Assembly (NCBI GenBank): GCA_964187785.1
Contig: OZ076409.1
Coordinates: 94,738,001 to 94,802,000, forward strand
Reading direction: 5' to 3'
DNA: 64,000 nt
Source of the DNA: Amphiscolops sp. MND2022
Lineage: Eukaryota
Of this stretch, positions 13,143-26,002 are shown one piece after another. Position 1 is the stretch's first letter; every line of letters begins with the position of its first letter. Both the position numbers and the translations under genes were made by a program. The notes under the pieces are model-generated. The model saw nothing but the letters and a program-made list of their open reading frames with translations, ran no database searches and had not been told where the DNA came from.

Positions 13143-13169
13143 CTTTGCATCAGGTGAGTTTTAGTTTTC

Positions 13170-14795
13170 ACAAATTACAGAAACGGGACGATTTTTTGAT
13201 AAACTCCAACAGGTTAGTCATATCACTATGGCTTCTTTTTCTTATTAGTTCTTCAAATGACCCAATTTTATGTTCTCCTTTCTCAAGTTATTGTAAATAC
13301 AGCAGTAAAAGATAAAATGCGTAGACGTCTCCCCGTGGTTGCAGATACAGAGTGGTGACGATGTTCTTGATATTTGGTATTGAAAGTCTCGTAGAATGCA
13401 TTGGTTTTGTGAGCATCTCAATTATCAATTTGGTAGCATGTTTGCTGAGAGATCTTGGTATCAAAGGTTCTGTCGATTCTATTTGAGGGAATTCTGGCAA
13501 TATATTTATCAATCGGCGATTCCATAATTCGATTCTATAGTTTTCACAGACTCGTTTTGAGTATTTTTCATCCGGTGCGATACCTGAAAATCTTGCAAAA
13601 CCTCGAAGGCTGGATTTTAGTGACCTCGATACTTTGCTATCGGAGTCTAATAAGGCTCTTGAACACTGGTCAGAGTCGAAACCATTTTTATGAGCAAATT
13701 TAGCTTGTGATAATTGAATCTCAAGATCAATTGGAAATTGACTACATATGTTTTCCATTTTGGTCAGCTCGTGTTTGTATTTGGTATTTGAAGATTTCGA
13801 TAATATCTTGTACCATAAGCTGCTTGTTCTGAATGCAGTTGGATTGGCCCAAATATGACTAACGTATGTCCACACGGGGATCACCACGCAATTCATAAGT
13901 TTCAAAATAGTGGAAGGCGTGATGAATTGAGTCTGTACAAGAGGTTCCAAAACTCCCATGGCTTTTTCTGCTTTTCTTGAACATTTCTCGAATTGTGCTC
14001 GTAAACTCAATTTGTTATCGATTGTGATACCGAGCGCTGTTGACTCTGTCGCGAACTTTATTGTTTTTCCTTGCAACACTATCTTCTTTGTAGGTTCTCG
14101 GATTTCTTCACGGATACTTGAAAGGATGACAACTTCTGTTTTCGGCCCCGAGATTTTGAGACGCCACTTTCCAATCCATTTTGTAATTTCTTCGCAATCT
14201 TTTTGAAGATGCGAAAGAACTTTTTCTATCAAGTCACCTGCTGAAACATGTGTGGCGTCATCAGCGTACTTTTTAGTTTTACCTTTGCATTCTGGGAACA
14301 TTTCTGCAATGTAAAAGATAAATAAGATTGGGGAGAGAATGCTTCCTTGAGGGAGGCCAACTTCTGGCTTGAAGCTTTCTGATAGGTAATCGCCTATTTC
14401 GATGTAAACGATTTTGTTTCGGAGATAATGGTCAATGATGTTCAAAATCTAGCTGTTAATTCCTGTTTCACGGAGTTGGTACATGAGACCGTCAATCCAA
14501 ATCGAGTCGAATGCTTTCTCGAGGCCGATGAAAAGGGCAGACGCAACTTTTCTCTGCTCAATAATATTTTGAATATTGTCTAAGAGTTTATAAATGCATC
14601 TACCAGTGCCTCTCCGCTTTCTGAATCCTTCTTGGCTGTCATCGATCAGCCCTTTAGCCTCCAAGTCATTTCTCAATCGTCTCTCTATTATGCGTTCAAA
14701 CAGCTTTCCTACGAAGGAAGTGAGTGTAATTGGTCTGTAACTGTTTGCGATATTATAGTCTTCTTTGTTAGGTTTTCGGAGGAAAATGACTTCAC
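13170..14795 (-). mobile_element. 5'-truncated non-LTR retrotransposon (LINE) RT fragment
   Basis: YRPITLTS, QEGFRK, KAFDSI, GLPQGSILSP, YADD. Stop/frameshift near 14449. No endonuclease region seen; ends approximate. Confidence 0.9.
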
Positions 14796-15084
14796 CTAAA
14801 TTACAAATGTAGGTGCCTGCATGTAAGCAGAGGTTCCTGAAGTCATTCCTCAGAAAATACAATGATAAAATTACGTCAAATAACGTCATACTATTAATAT
14901 TCTAATTTTAACCGCATGATACTCCAAACATGAATGGAAAAGCGAATGGTAGAACCCTAGAAATAGCACTAAATATCATATGAAATGTATTTCAAAAGTT
15001 ATCCAATGGCAGAGAATCACGTAGTTACTTTATATAGCTAATCCAGGTAAAAACGCATAATGACGAAGATACGTCACTGCTCGA

Positions 15085-15245
15085 ACCGCATACTCTTCAT
15101 CTGCAATCCGCATACTGTTGCATACTCGTCTTTACTCGATCCGCATACTGCCGCATACTCTTCATCTGTAATCCGCATACTGCCGCATACTCGTCTTTAC
15201 TCGATCCGCATACTGCCGTATAGTCGTCACACCTCGATCCGCATA
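15085..15245. repeat. Minisatellite rich in CCGCATACT
   Basis: ~31-bp units ATCCGCATACTGCCGCATACTC... Confidence 0.75.
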
Positions 15246-15433
15246 TAACGTATTTGTGCAAGTTCCACCTATTAGCATAAATTTAGCTCTAACAAACTGT
15301 GTGAACAAGAATTATGAGTCAGATCAGTATCTAATGATGAATGAAATTTACGCTTCCAATACTTCAAATGTATAACATTGTGAATGAGAACTCAGTTTGA
15401 AATAAGAACATGAAATATGAAATTACATGACTA

Positions 15434-17834
15434 AGTTATGATGTTAGGGGGATTAGTTTATAGTCCTTGTTGAACAAGTAAAGTTGATAATCTGCTAAAA
15501 TTCGGGTTTGGCAGTTTCTAGTTTCCTTACGAATTGCCCCATGGCTCCAACACAACAGTGGGGTTGTGACAAAACTTACAGTAATAAAATACAAACTGTG
15601 ACTAAAATGGAATTTACCTTTGACCTAGATTACTTTCAAACGGAAGTGAAAACCGGAAACTAATGTAAGCCAAAATGATTTCACACATTCCTAGTGAAAC
15701 GATTAAAACGTCTCGTGACTGGACACATTCACTACCTGAAAACGAAAACTAAAACATCTTTTGAGAAAGGAACATGAATCGATCGAAATAAAACACTACA
15801 CAAACCATTCTTCAAAAGAAAACATAAGTCAAGATCTAAAACAAAATACATTGAGATGGCACACAAAGTGATTGCATTCTGATCCGTGAAACGAAACAAA
15901 CTGAAGTGAGACGTCCTTGCATCGTTAAACAAACAAATATGGCTGTAGCAACTAGTATGTGTAAATGTCCGTGACGTCACAGCTACGTCAGCTAGTTAAA
16001 ATTCATTCCAAAGTCTTGGTCAACACTACGTCACAGCTACATCAGCTAACCACAATTCATTCCAGAATCTTGGTCAACACTACGTCACAGCTACTTCGGC
16101 TAGCTAGAATTCATTCCAAAATATTGGTCAACACTACGTCACAGCTACGTCAACTAGTTAATTTCAGTCGCTGCTACGTCGTAAACTAGTTAGGAAAAAG
16201 ACGGACTGAACTGGTTTGCATTTAGAAGTATTGCAGGTTTCATTGGAAAATACTAGACAAATGATGTAATTTAAACAATCACGATGATGTTTGATTTAAG
16301 GAAAACAATAATCTAACGTTCCTTACGTCTCAGCTACGTCAGATTTTAGTAGGCTATGGAATTTTTTACGCGGCTATCGGGTTTAGGAAAATTGAAATGT
16401 TTCAGTACTTGGTCCAAAAGTATAACTAATAAGTCACAGTTTATAGTTGCAGCCAGAATGAAACAGAGCTAATGTATTTTTCATACTGTCTGGATATTTT
16501 CATATATTTGCAATTTTATAACGTCGTCATGTCGCCTCAATTTATAGAAACATTACAAAATCATTTCATGCCAATTGGTTAACGAATGTTTTATTGGATA
16601 ATTCTTTGAACCACGTTCTTTCTGCTTGTTAACAGGACGTGTTGTGCATTATTAAAGCTTTTTTATCAGAAGGTCGTTGTGATGTCATGTGTTATTGATT
16701 GTTTTGTAAAACGTTACGTTGTGTTGACGAATATGTAATATGTTCCAATAATTGGAAAGTTTCAATAAGACTAAATGAATTAAACTGTATATTCCGCTGA
16801 TAAAATATCCTCTCTTAGCATCGCTTAAGAAGACTTTTGTATATTAGTCATACTTTTCTTCGGGTAAAAATTCAAAACCGAGTATTGGTTGTCCACGTCA
16901 GTGTCATCTCAGCGTTAATTTTCCCGCGAACGAAAGCAGTAAAACAGGGAACCACTTCTGGTTTGATAGACTGAAGTAAATTCTCCTTCCTGTTTGGGAG
17001 GAAACAAAAGAACGCCGGGATGAAATGATATGAACGTGTTTGATGACTAATACTGAACTGGGGGTTTCCGTGTCTTGGAATTTGACGTTACGTCGACGTA
17101 AATTGAGGATTTTCACCGAAAAAAAAAACAGAAAATGACTAATTGTCCGAGGAAAAATGAGAGGTTTATTGGTGAGCAAATGATGCTAGGAGGGTATAAA
17201 TATGATGTGCGATGTTGATTGAGGGACTCAGTCTTTTATTTTGATACGAAATACAATTGCTCAGAAGTACCTCTAACTTTGGTTCGGCTCAATTGAAATA
17301 ACTTCTTGAAAATTAATTGGAAGCTACAAAGCCAAAGTTTCTTCAACAAGATGTCTACTACAAGGAGCCAGAAGAGAAAGAATAATCCTCGAGATAACTC
17401 TGGAAATGTTAGTGAAATATTAACTTCTGTTTTGCAAGAGAACACTACAAGGAGCCAGAAGAGAAAGAATAATCCTCGAGATAACTCTGGAAATGTTAGT
17501 GAAATATTAACTTCTGTTTTGCAAGAGAACACTAGTCCTAGTGAACAAGACGTCCTAATTGCGGGGCCTTCATCGGCCAAGTCCCCTAGGATAGAAGGCA
17601 GTATATTAGAAGAACTTAGATCATCTTTAAAGGAAGAGATCACTTCGGAAATAAAAAGCCTCTTGGTAGAATCTCAAAAGGATCTTTTAAAGCTGTTGAA
17701 ATCCGAACAGAATGAACCTGGTAGAGAACAAATTGAGAATCCTTTAGAAAATGAAACCAGAGAGTTCTATACCCCCACAAAATCTGTCAGGATTAACTCA
17801 ACTTCGAATGACGACATGAATGTAAGTCGTAACA
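15434..17834 (+). mobile_element. Probable ~2.4-kb solo LTR with an internal ORF at its 3' end
   Basis: Ends TCGTAACA followed by CTTAG. Degenerate start near CTAAG-TTATGA (15431-41). ORF MSTTRSQKRK... 17351-17839 runs to the terminus. Left boundary uncertain. Confidence 0.55.
15972..16160. repeat. 54-bp tandem repeat (~3.5 units)
   Basis: ACTACGTCACAGCTAC...AATTCATTCC...TTGGTCAAC repeated. Confidence 0.8.
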
Positions 17835-19202
17835 CTTAGTGAACCCTACATTTTCTTTTGTCTTTTCGAAAACCATAAAGGTCACAAAACTAGCGATGTT
17901 TGTGAAAAAACCTCCCATCAATATCAAGCAATAATCGTTTTGTTAGTATTATATTCGTGGAAAAGTCTCTTACAGACACACTTTTGGAAACCTAAATTCT
18001 CTACCTACAAGAAGGCACAGGCTTTTTCAAGAGTGAAATACCAAGAGTTTTTGAGTGATGTAAGTGGTATAACTGATTTTATATGTACGGAGTATCTAAA
18101 ACGTCAGGGTCATGATAAAGAGCAGGCTGTTCAAAATTGTTTCATTCTTTTGGTTAAATTTCTTGAATAACGATCATTTTCTAAAAAGGATAAATCGAAA
18201 TTGAAAGGTACATGAAATATTTACAAACGACATGTGCTAATAATGGTATGAGTGAAAGGAAAGGCATAGAAATTTGTGACATTAAAGCATTCGGGTTGAA
18301 TAAAATCAAGCACCATACTTTTTGAAAAGTGATACTATTTGGCAATTAAGGCTCTTTTCTGTCCCCCCACCGCCAAAATTTTTGAAAATAACTTTCCTTA
18401 AAAACTTTAGACTAGCCTAATCAAAAGTAAAACCTTCTATCATAGCAGGAAGTAAAAATCTATTACAGTAGTTTTCCCCTTGAACAAAACATTGTTCACG
18501 TTTTTACTATGATTATGTTCGAATTAACTGTTTATTGGTGACTCAAAACAGGAAGCTGTTGATTTCTTCATCAAAAATGCGTAACTACACAGGGAAAAAG
18601 TGTGAACAAAGTTCGTATCTGAATCTTAAGAGCCGCAATCAATTGAAAATTATTCGAATAAAAATCAGCACACGATTTTGAGAGTTTCTCCCAGGTAATG
18701 GTAGTTTCGTGCGGACAAACTAAAATTCTTGAAGTGTTCACTGCGGTCTTGATTCAGATTCTTCTTGTCTTAAGAGTTTAATCTTAAGTCAAGAAGCATC
18801 TGACGAAGCCTAAATGATAAGTTTTTAATCGAACTGTAATCAAAAAATTTTTGAACAACTATTTTTTTGGAATTCGAGTTTAAATCAAATTCTGGATTGA
18901 ATAATGACACAGAGAAAGCGAACAAATGTATGAGGAGCTGCCCAATATAGTAGCTTGATTTGACTTCGTATTAAATTGGTAAATTTTGAGATTAACTGGA
19001 AATACCTCCTTAATTTTGTGGGAGCTTGATCTCAAAATGTGACGTAATTTCTGAAACTCTATTTCTGAGACTTTACGAAAGCCTGAAAAACTTGAAAAAG
19101 CAGGAAACCAAGTTTTTAAATCAATTATAAAAAGCTTGTGACTTTCTTTAGCTTTTCAAACTCGACGGAATCTTTTGACTGATGTGTATCGTATGATGGT
19201 TC

Positions 19203-19631
19203 GGTGTCAGGACATTTCATCCTATGCAATTTCAACCATTGCCATTTCAACCGCTCACAATTTCAACCTTTTGCATTTTCAACCTTCCGCAATTTCGACC
19301 TAAACTAAATTTGGCTAATTGATAATTAGTTATATAATTATTTTAGGCGGTTTACATTTTTTATACATTTCTAAATTCAAATGTACTAATTTTTACACCA
19401 GTTTTCATACGTTTTGGCTTCTTCATGAATAATTATCAATCAATAAGTAAAGTTGTTTGATTCATCACTAACTATTTTACTGAAAAAAATGTCTCAACCG
19501 AATTAGAAGTAATTAGCCAAAATTAGTTTAGGTCGAAATTGCGAAAGGTTGAAAATGCAATAGGCTGAAATTGTCAACGGTTTAAATAGCAACGGTTGAA
19601 ATTGCATAGGACGAAATGACGTCATGTAACC
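19203..19631. mobile_element. MITE with long TIRs and 8-bp TSD, just downstream of the CMAH stop
   Basis: GG...CC ends, ~120-bp imperfect TIRs with TTTCAACC repeats, TSD GATGGTTC. Partial copy near 61420-61520. Confidence 0.8.
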
Positions 19632-19637
19632 GATGGT

Positions 19638-19860
19638 TCATCTCGATTTTAGACCGTTTTTCTTGAACACAAATGCACAGAGAATGAAGGCCCCGACCAA
19701 GCCGGCTCCCACGAAAGCGAAGCTTCTTTTGTCCACTAGTGTTTTGCTGTGTGTTGGCACCGAAGTGGCCGAATGCAGGAACGAATCCCAGTTGGGGGGA
19801 GAGAGAGGAAGTGCTATTTGGAAGTGGTCCCAGAATTTGAAGTGGAACGTGTCTGGATTC
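19638..19860 (-). CDS. CMAH: CMAH last coding exon (conserved end plus hydrophobic C-terminal tail)
   Basis: tttacag acceptor, then RNPDTFHFKFWDHFQIALPLSPPNWDSFL (cf. RDPDIYHHLFWNHFQIKLPLTPPNW), then ...SFAFVGAGLVGAFILCAFVFKKNGLKSR*. Phase 2 matches the end of exon 6. Confidence 0.92.
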
Positions 19861-20038
19861 CTGTAAATAACAGAATTTTGGGCTTTAAAAAGCAACATAA
19901 ACTGTAAAAACACGTAGAACGCAAAAACTCTTTCAAAAAATGTGAAACAATTGTTCACGAAAATTGATTACTCTTTGTTCAAAAACAAAAAATATTAACT
20001 TCATTTTTTTCGGCTTTTTTCTTAATGATATTGGTTTT

Positions 20039-20929
20039 TGTTGGCGCCAGTCACTTGCAAGATCAGAAACTCAAATTTGAACGTGACTGATGAAACTTAT
20101 AACTCATAACACTTAGAAAATTTATCGAGATTTTAGTTAGAAATTTACAAGTTTCACCAGAAATAAGGCATTGCAAAATGTGCCACCGCCCCGTCCCGGC
20201 AAACCACTCATTCAATCACCTTGAAACTTGGCACACGTATAGTAGTGATACTACGCTAACTTTCCACTAGGAACAACCAACCCCGTATCTCCCCTGGGTT
20301 CTGAGCTATTAACACCCAAAGTGACCTAGGTCGGACCCCATGAATTACCCAAATTTGATGTATTAATTACTATGTGATTTTCTCATATGACCTTGAAGGA
20401 AATGTAACTTTGTTGAAATTAATGATATTTACATTGTGTAAAGATACTTTCTAACCCACCTAACCAACATGCCAAAACCACCACATAGTTTGTTTACTTA
20501 GTCAATAACTTCATATTATGCTTTAAATGTCATTTATTTATACTTACATATTTCGACTTATATTTACTGTAGAATTGTAAACTACATTGATACCATTATT
20601 AGATAGAGATTTTCTCCACTGAATAGCTATAGTCAAGTTGGGTCTCAGGACCGCGAGACTAATTAATCAACTTCTCAATCTTCACTACTTTTCGCTAGAG
20701 TCAGAGCGACTATGTAGCTACTCTCATAGTACGGAGAGCCGGAGCGCGTGAAGATACTGTGAGGGAAGTGTGTGCAGGGTCACATCGGACCCACCAGTTA
20801 AAAGATACAGTCCTTTAAAACAAGAAAACCAGGAATTGTTTAGTAACGGTCCACAGTACTAAGCAACGGATCAGGGCGGCGTAAAGCTTGTCAAGCCTCA
20901 GCGCAGGATAAAGGCAAGCAGCCGTTACA
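20039..20929 (+). repeat. 5' LTR of BEL/Pao element
   Basis: TGTTGGCGCC...GCCGTTACA. About 20 differences from the 3' LTR by eye (~98% identity). Confidence 0.95.
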
Positions 20930-21052
20930 TTTGGTCCGCCGACCCGGACAACCCGTTGGGGACGACCCGGACTAGAAGAAGACGACTCGTTGGTGTACAA
21001 CAGAGAAAAGTACCCAGAAAGAACAAGAGTCTGATTCTTGGAGTCTCTGACT

Positions 21053-21230
21053 TTGTGTCTCTGGGAGATTGGGCTATTGTGTCTCTGGGAGATTGGGCTA
21101 TTGTGTCTCTGGGAGATTGGGCTATTGTGTCTCTGGGAGACTGGGCTATTGTGTCCCTGGGAGATTGGGCTTTTGTGTCTCTGAGAGATTGGGCTATTGT
21201 GACGACTCTGGGAGTTTGGGCAATTGTGAC
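21053..21230 (+). repeat. 24-bp tandem repeat (~7 units) in BEL 5' leader
   Basis: (TTGTGTCTCTGGGAGATTGGGCTA)n immediately upstream of the gag ATG at 21260. Confidence 0.9.
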
Positions 21231-21259
21231 TTTGGGAACTGTTTTGATCAAGTGAAGAA

Positions 21260-23375
21260 ATGGCAGAACCTAAACGGTTCGATATCAACAAAATCGAAAA
21301 CTTCCTGAAGAACTCTGCTGACAAAACCCAAATATTGAGTTATTGGAATGCAGCTGTCGAACACGGTAAGACTGTCAAAGAAATTGATGAAAACCTAGCT
21401 AGCAATGTTGACGACAAGCAGATAGCAGATTTGCTGTTAAGACGAACAGATGCCATAAACAGGAGAGATCGGCTCATTAAAGCAGTCGAAAATGCAATGA
21501 AAGTCAAGTACCAACCGCAGATACGATACCCGAAATGTTCTCAGCAGCGAACAAAGCAATGCAGAGCCGATTGGTTGAGTTGCAGCATCAATGCTCTAGC
21601 ATTGGAAGGGTAAAAATACTGATGTCAGCATTGCAAGACGAAAATCAGATACTAAACTACTTGGATCTTGACGAAAAGAAACGTGCTATCGATAAACTAA
21701 TGGTTAGCAACGAAAAGTTTCGGGAAGATTCAATCGCAAATGGCAAAGTTGTCGACGAAGAAGATTATGCTGCAGCATGTCAAGAATTGCTGCAGAAAAG
21801 GTCTGACATTAAAACGAAAATTGAAGATCTGCTGAAGTCAGGAGAAGGAGGAGCCATTTTGCGAAGTCTTGAAGATGCTGAACAAAGACTGGCAGACGCT
21901 CGTGTAAACTCGACAGCAGACAAATCCAGTAAAAATTGTACCTCGCCACAAAAGGAACCACAACCAGACGACGAGCAAAAGGAAGACGATGGTCACATTG
22001 CGGATGATAGCCAAGAGCCACGAAATAGAGCTAGATCACTGCAAATAGAAGAAATGAGTATAGATTCGCAAGGTGACAAAACCAAAAGTAACAAAACGTC
22101 TCTGATTTCGAAAACATCAAGTGCAAGACGAGTTTTGCACTTGGAGCTGAAAGCTTTGAAAGAACAAGAAGAGCTGCAGGCTCGCCTGACGCAACTAAAA
22201 CAAAAGGAAATAGCTGACCTGCAAGAAGAGCTGGCCCGCAAGGCAAAAATTGCTGAAAAGGAAATAGAGATGGCAAAAGTTTCGAGTAGTTGTGGGTCCA
22301 GCTTCCGAAGTATCTCACCAGTCGGGACTCCCGATGACAACCTGACGAAAGTTTCAAGATGGATGGACAAGACAGAAGAAGCTGAAAACGTGCATCGTCG
22401 ATAAACGTGCCACCAGGTTACCAGCAAACGTCCGTCTCAGCCCCAGTGATTACAGTACGATCAACTCATGGAGGACATAGTTCCGCGCAAGTGAGGGACT
22501 TGAAACCCTCAATGCAACCAACCAAAACGACAGAAGCAGTTGTGCGAGATAATGAAAGGGACAGAACAAAGACTGTCAAAGGTGCTGTCAGTCAAACTGA
22601 AAGAGTACAACCAGAAGTGAAGTTCGCCACATCGAAGCCGTCAAGGACCCTTATGATAAGCCAAGGCTGGGTACCACCTACGAATGGAGGCAACCCGAGT
22701 AGTGCGTTTCAAGTACCGCAGCTTGCGAACACACAGGAACAGAATTTGCCAAGTCAAGGACCAAACTGTGCCTCAAATGCAAAAGATGACTACTACATCA
22801 GATCTAGCTTGCCAAAACTGAAGTTGGCAGAATTCTCAGGTGACCCATTGGAGTGGCCAGAGTGGTCACAACTATTTCAAGCAACCGTCCATGCAGCTAA
22901 TATAGACGACAGTGTAAAGATGAACCACCTAAAAACAATGGTCACGGGCAAAGCCAAAGAGGCGATTGCTGGCTTGGGATACACTGCTGAGATGTACAAT
23001 GTGGCGTGGAACGTTCTAGTTCGAAACTTTGGAAAACCTCAAATGGTTGTGAATGCTCAACTGAAAAGAATTTACTCCTTTCCACCGATGAAACCTTACG
23101 ATGGAGCTGCATTGATCAAGTTTGCGAGAATAGTGTCGAGTTGTGTGAACGTTCTGACACAATTCAACTACGTGGGAGACCTAAACTTAGAAGGAGTTCT
23201 GGGCAGTGCCACAAGGAAGTTAACACTGGACATGAAAACGAAGTGGCTCCCTTATGTCAAGCAAATGAACCTGTATCAACCTGGACTCGCTGTGTTCAGT
23301 GAATGGCTCAATGATATAGCAGATGTTCAAGACGAATTGCTTTTGTCTTCAAACCCGAATGCTGATCGCGCGTAG
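21260..23375 (+). pseudogene. BEL/Pao gag (DUF1759-like), frameshifted
   Basis: Three ORF pieces in different frames. LPKLKLAEFSGDPLEWPEW motif. In-frame TAG at 23373. Confidence 0.88.
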
Positions 23376-26002
23376 TCGAACTACAAGGAAAAGGCCAAAG
23401 GCTCCACGTTTGCCACATCAACAACAAACACAGCCAGTGACAACTCGAAATACCAGCGAGAGTGGGCGCTGAAAGATGGCAAACATCCCATATGGAAATG
23501 TGAGAAGTTCAAGAAGATGAACGTCGAAGAAAGAGGACAAAAGGCGAAAGAGTTGAAATTGTGCTTCAAATGTTTGTCAGACGCGCATCAGATGAGAAAT
23601 TGCTCTGGTAGACTCTGCGACGTAAGTGGTTGCGGAAAACCTTATCACAGATTGCTACACAGACCATTCAAGAACGTGGAACAAAAGCAAAATGTTGAAA
23701 ATGTCGAAGAAGTCTCCAATTTGTCATCAATGAAAAGCAGTGGAGTGCTTCCAGTAATTCCAGTAACGATAGGGAGTGGGAGCAAAACTCTGAAAACGTT
23801 CGCTTTGTGCGACTCTGGAGCAAGCCTGTCCTTTGTGGATGAGAGCCTTATGAAAACGCTGAATCTGACGGGACAGCCAGTGGATTTGAATGTTGCAGGG
23901 ATTCATGGAACGTCAGATATTAGTAGCAAACGACTTCGAGTCAGGATTGGAGATCAAGACGGAAGGGTCAAAGAAGATATCATGGCATATAGTCATCCCA
24001 ACGTGAATGCAGGAAATCGAACTTACAACCTCAAGAAATTAAAAGAGACATATCCTCACCTGTCAGTATTGAGGGAGTCTACCATCAACTTGGGAGAAGT
24101 GAAAGTCATCTTGGGCCAAGATTGCTACCACTTGAATAGAGCAATCGACTATAGAAAGTGTGGAAACGCAAAGCCCTGGGCAGTGCGAACGAAGCTGGGA
24201 TGGATGCTCAGTGGACCCTTGCCTCAGCAAGAGACTGCGAAGCTTGCTACTGAAAGCTTAGTCGCTGCAGAAGTGGACCCATTAGCGGATCAAGTGAAAA
24301 CTTGGTGGAGCATGGAATCGTATGCTTCCAACTGCAGCGCATCCGGAAGGTCCAAAGAGGATGTCAAAGCCCTCGAAATGCTCAAGGCAACCACAAAGTT
24401 CGATGGAGAGAGGTATGAGGTCGGGCTACTTTGGAAAAATGCAAAGCCGCATTTGCCGAACAACTACAGTTCAGCACTAAGTCAATTGAAGTCTCTCGAG
24501 CGCCGACTGGAAAAGGATGAGAGCTTGAAACAACGCTACAAAGAGACAATTGACGTGGACGTACAAAAGAAGTTTGTGAGAATTCTGGACGAAGCAGAGT
24601 TTGAAAGCACTAAAACCATCCTTCAGTGGTACGTTCCGCATCTCCCTGTGCTGAACCCGAACAAGCCGGACAAAGTGAGACGAGTGTACAACGCTGCCTC
24701 AAAGTTCGGAGGCGTTTCACTAAATGACAATTTGATGGCCGGTCCAGACCTCCTACAATCGCTCATTGGAATTATCTTCAAGTTCAGGGAGAAGAAAATT
24801 GCTTTGACCGCAGATGTAGAAGCGATGTTTCTCCAAGTGAAAGTACCCCCTGCAGATTGCAAAGTGCTCAGATTTTTGTGGAGAGAAAACCACACTGATC
24901 CTTTCTCCGTTTACGAATATGGAAGACACATTTTCGGAGCTAAGAGTTCGCCAACATGTGTCAATTATGCTTTGCAACAAGTCGGAAGAGATTGCAGAGA
25001 TGACCATGGGATGGTTGCAAAGTTGATAAACAGAAACTTCTACATGGACGATTTTGTGAAGTCAGTAGCTTCAGAGGAAGAAGCCGTTGGAGTGTACAAA
25101 TGCTTGCGAAAGTCCTTAGCAGATGGGGGATTTCAACTGACGAAATGGATTTGCAACTCAGAGAAAGTAATGGAAAGAATACCTTCTGAAGATAGATCAA
25201 GCGCGCTGAGTAAGACATTCGAAGCTGAACTCTTGGCACCCTCAATCTTGGGACTCCAGTGGAAGGTGAAGTCGGACAGTCTTGAGATCTGCCGCGGTAT
25301 GGAAAAAGAGGTGCCTGCGAAGGTTACTCAGCGAGTAGTTTTATCCCAAGTATCCTCGGTGTTTGACCCGTTGGGACTGTTTTCCCCTTTTACAGTGAGG
25401 ATGAGATTGTTGCTCAAAGGAATTTGGAAGAAGCATGGGCAATCGTGGGACGAACAAGTTTCTCCAGAAGACGAGATTGCTTTCAAGGATTGGGCATCGG
25501 AGTTGAGTCACATGAATAAGATGACTCTCAAAAGAAATTATTTATCGGAAAATGTTGAAGTAGTAGACTTGCATGTTTTCGCTGATGCATCCTTAGACGC
25601 TATGTGCATGGTAGCGTACTTTCGAGATCAACAAACTGGAGAGCTTGTCTATGTAGTAGGAAAATGCCGAGTAGCGCCAATGAAGCAACAATCAATTCCC
25701 CGACTAGAACTACAAGCAGCTATGTATGGGACCCGATTGAAACAACTGATCGTAACGAACACGACGTTGATATTGAACGAACATTCTTTTGGACGGATTT
25801 GACAACTGTTTTACAATGGTTGCATGGAGCAGACAAGAAACAACCGGTGTTTGTAGCAAACAGAGTTGCTGAACTTCTTGACAGCTCAACCATTGATCAA
25901 TGGAGACATGTCGAAGGAACAATAAACCCTGCAGACATTGGAACAAGAGTAAAATCAGTTCTCGAGCTGGAAAAGAGCGAATGGTTCACAGGGCCGGCAT
26001 GA
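23376..26002 (+). pseudogene. BEL/Pao zinc knuckles, protease, RT and RNase H (peptidase A17-like), disrupted
   Basis: CFKC..H..C knuckle, ALCDSGAS, NFYMDDF, HVFADAS, SIPRLELQAA. Frameshift near 25755 and stops near 26000. Confidence 0.92.

Noticed and set aside
13170..14805. AAATTACA as the LINE TSD
   Set aside because: Short AT-rich match, the left copy appears to lie within the decayed ORF end, and no clear tail is present.
21053..21230. CRISPR-like array
   Set aside because: Head-to-tail 24-bp repeats without unique spacers, inside a retrotransposon, with no cas genes. The same applies to the 15972 and 63756 arrays.
20815..22427. Antisense ORFs in the BEL leader and gag
   Set aside because: Explained by the stop-free 24-bp repeat and by shadowing of gag; no motifs.
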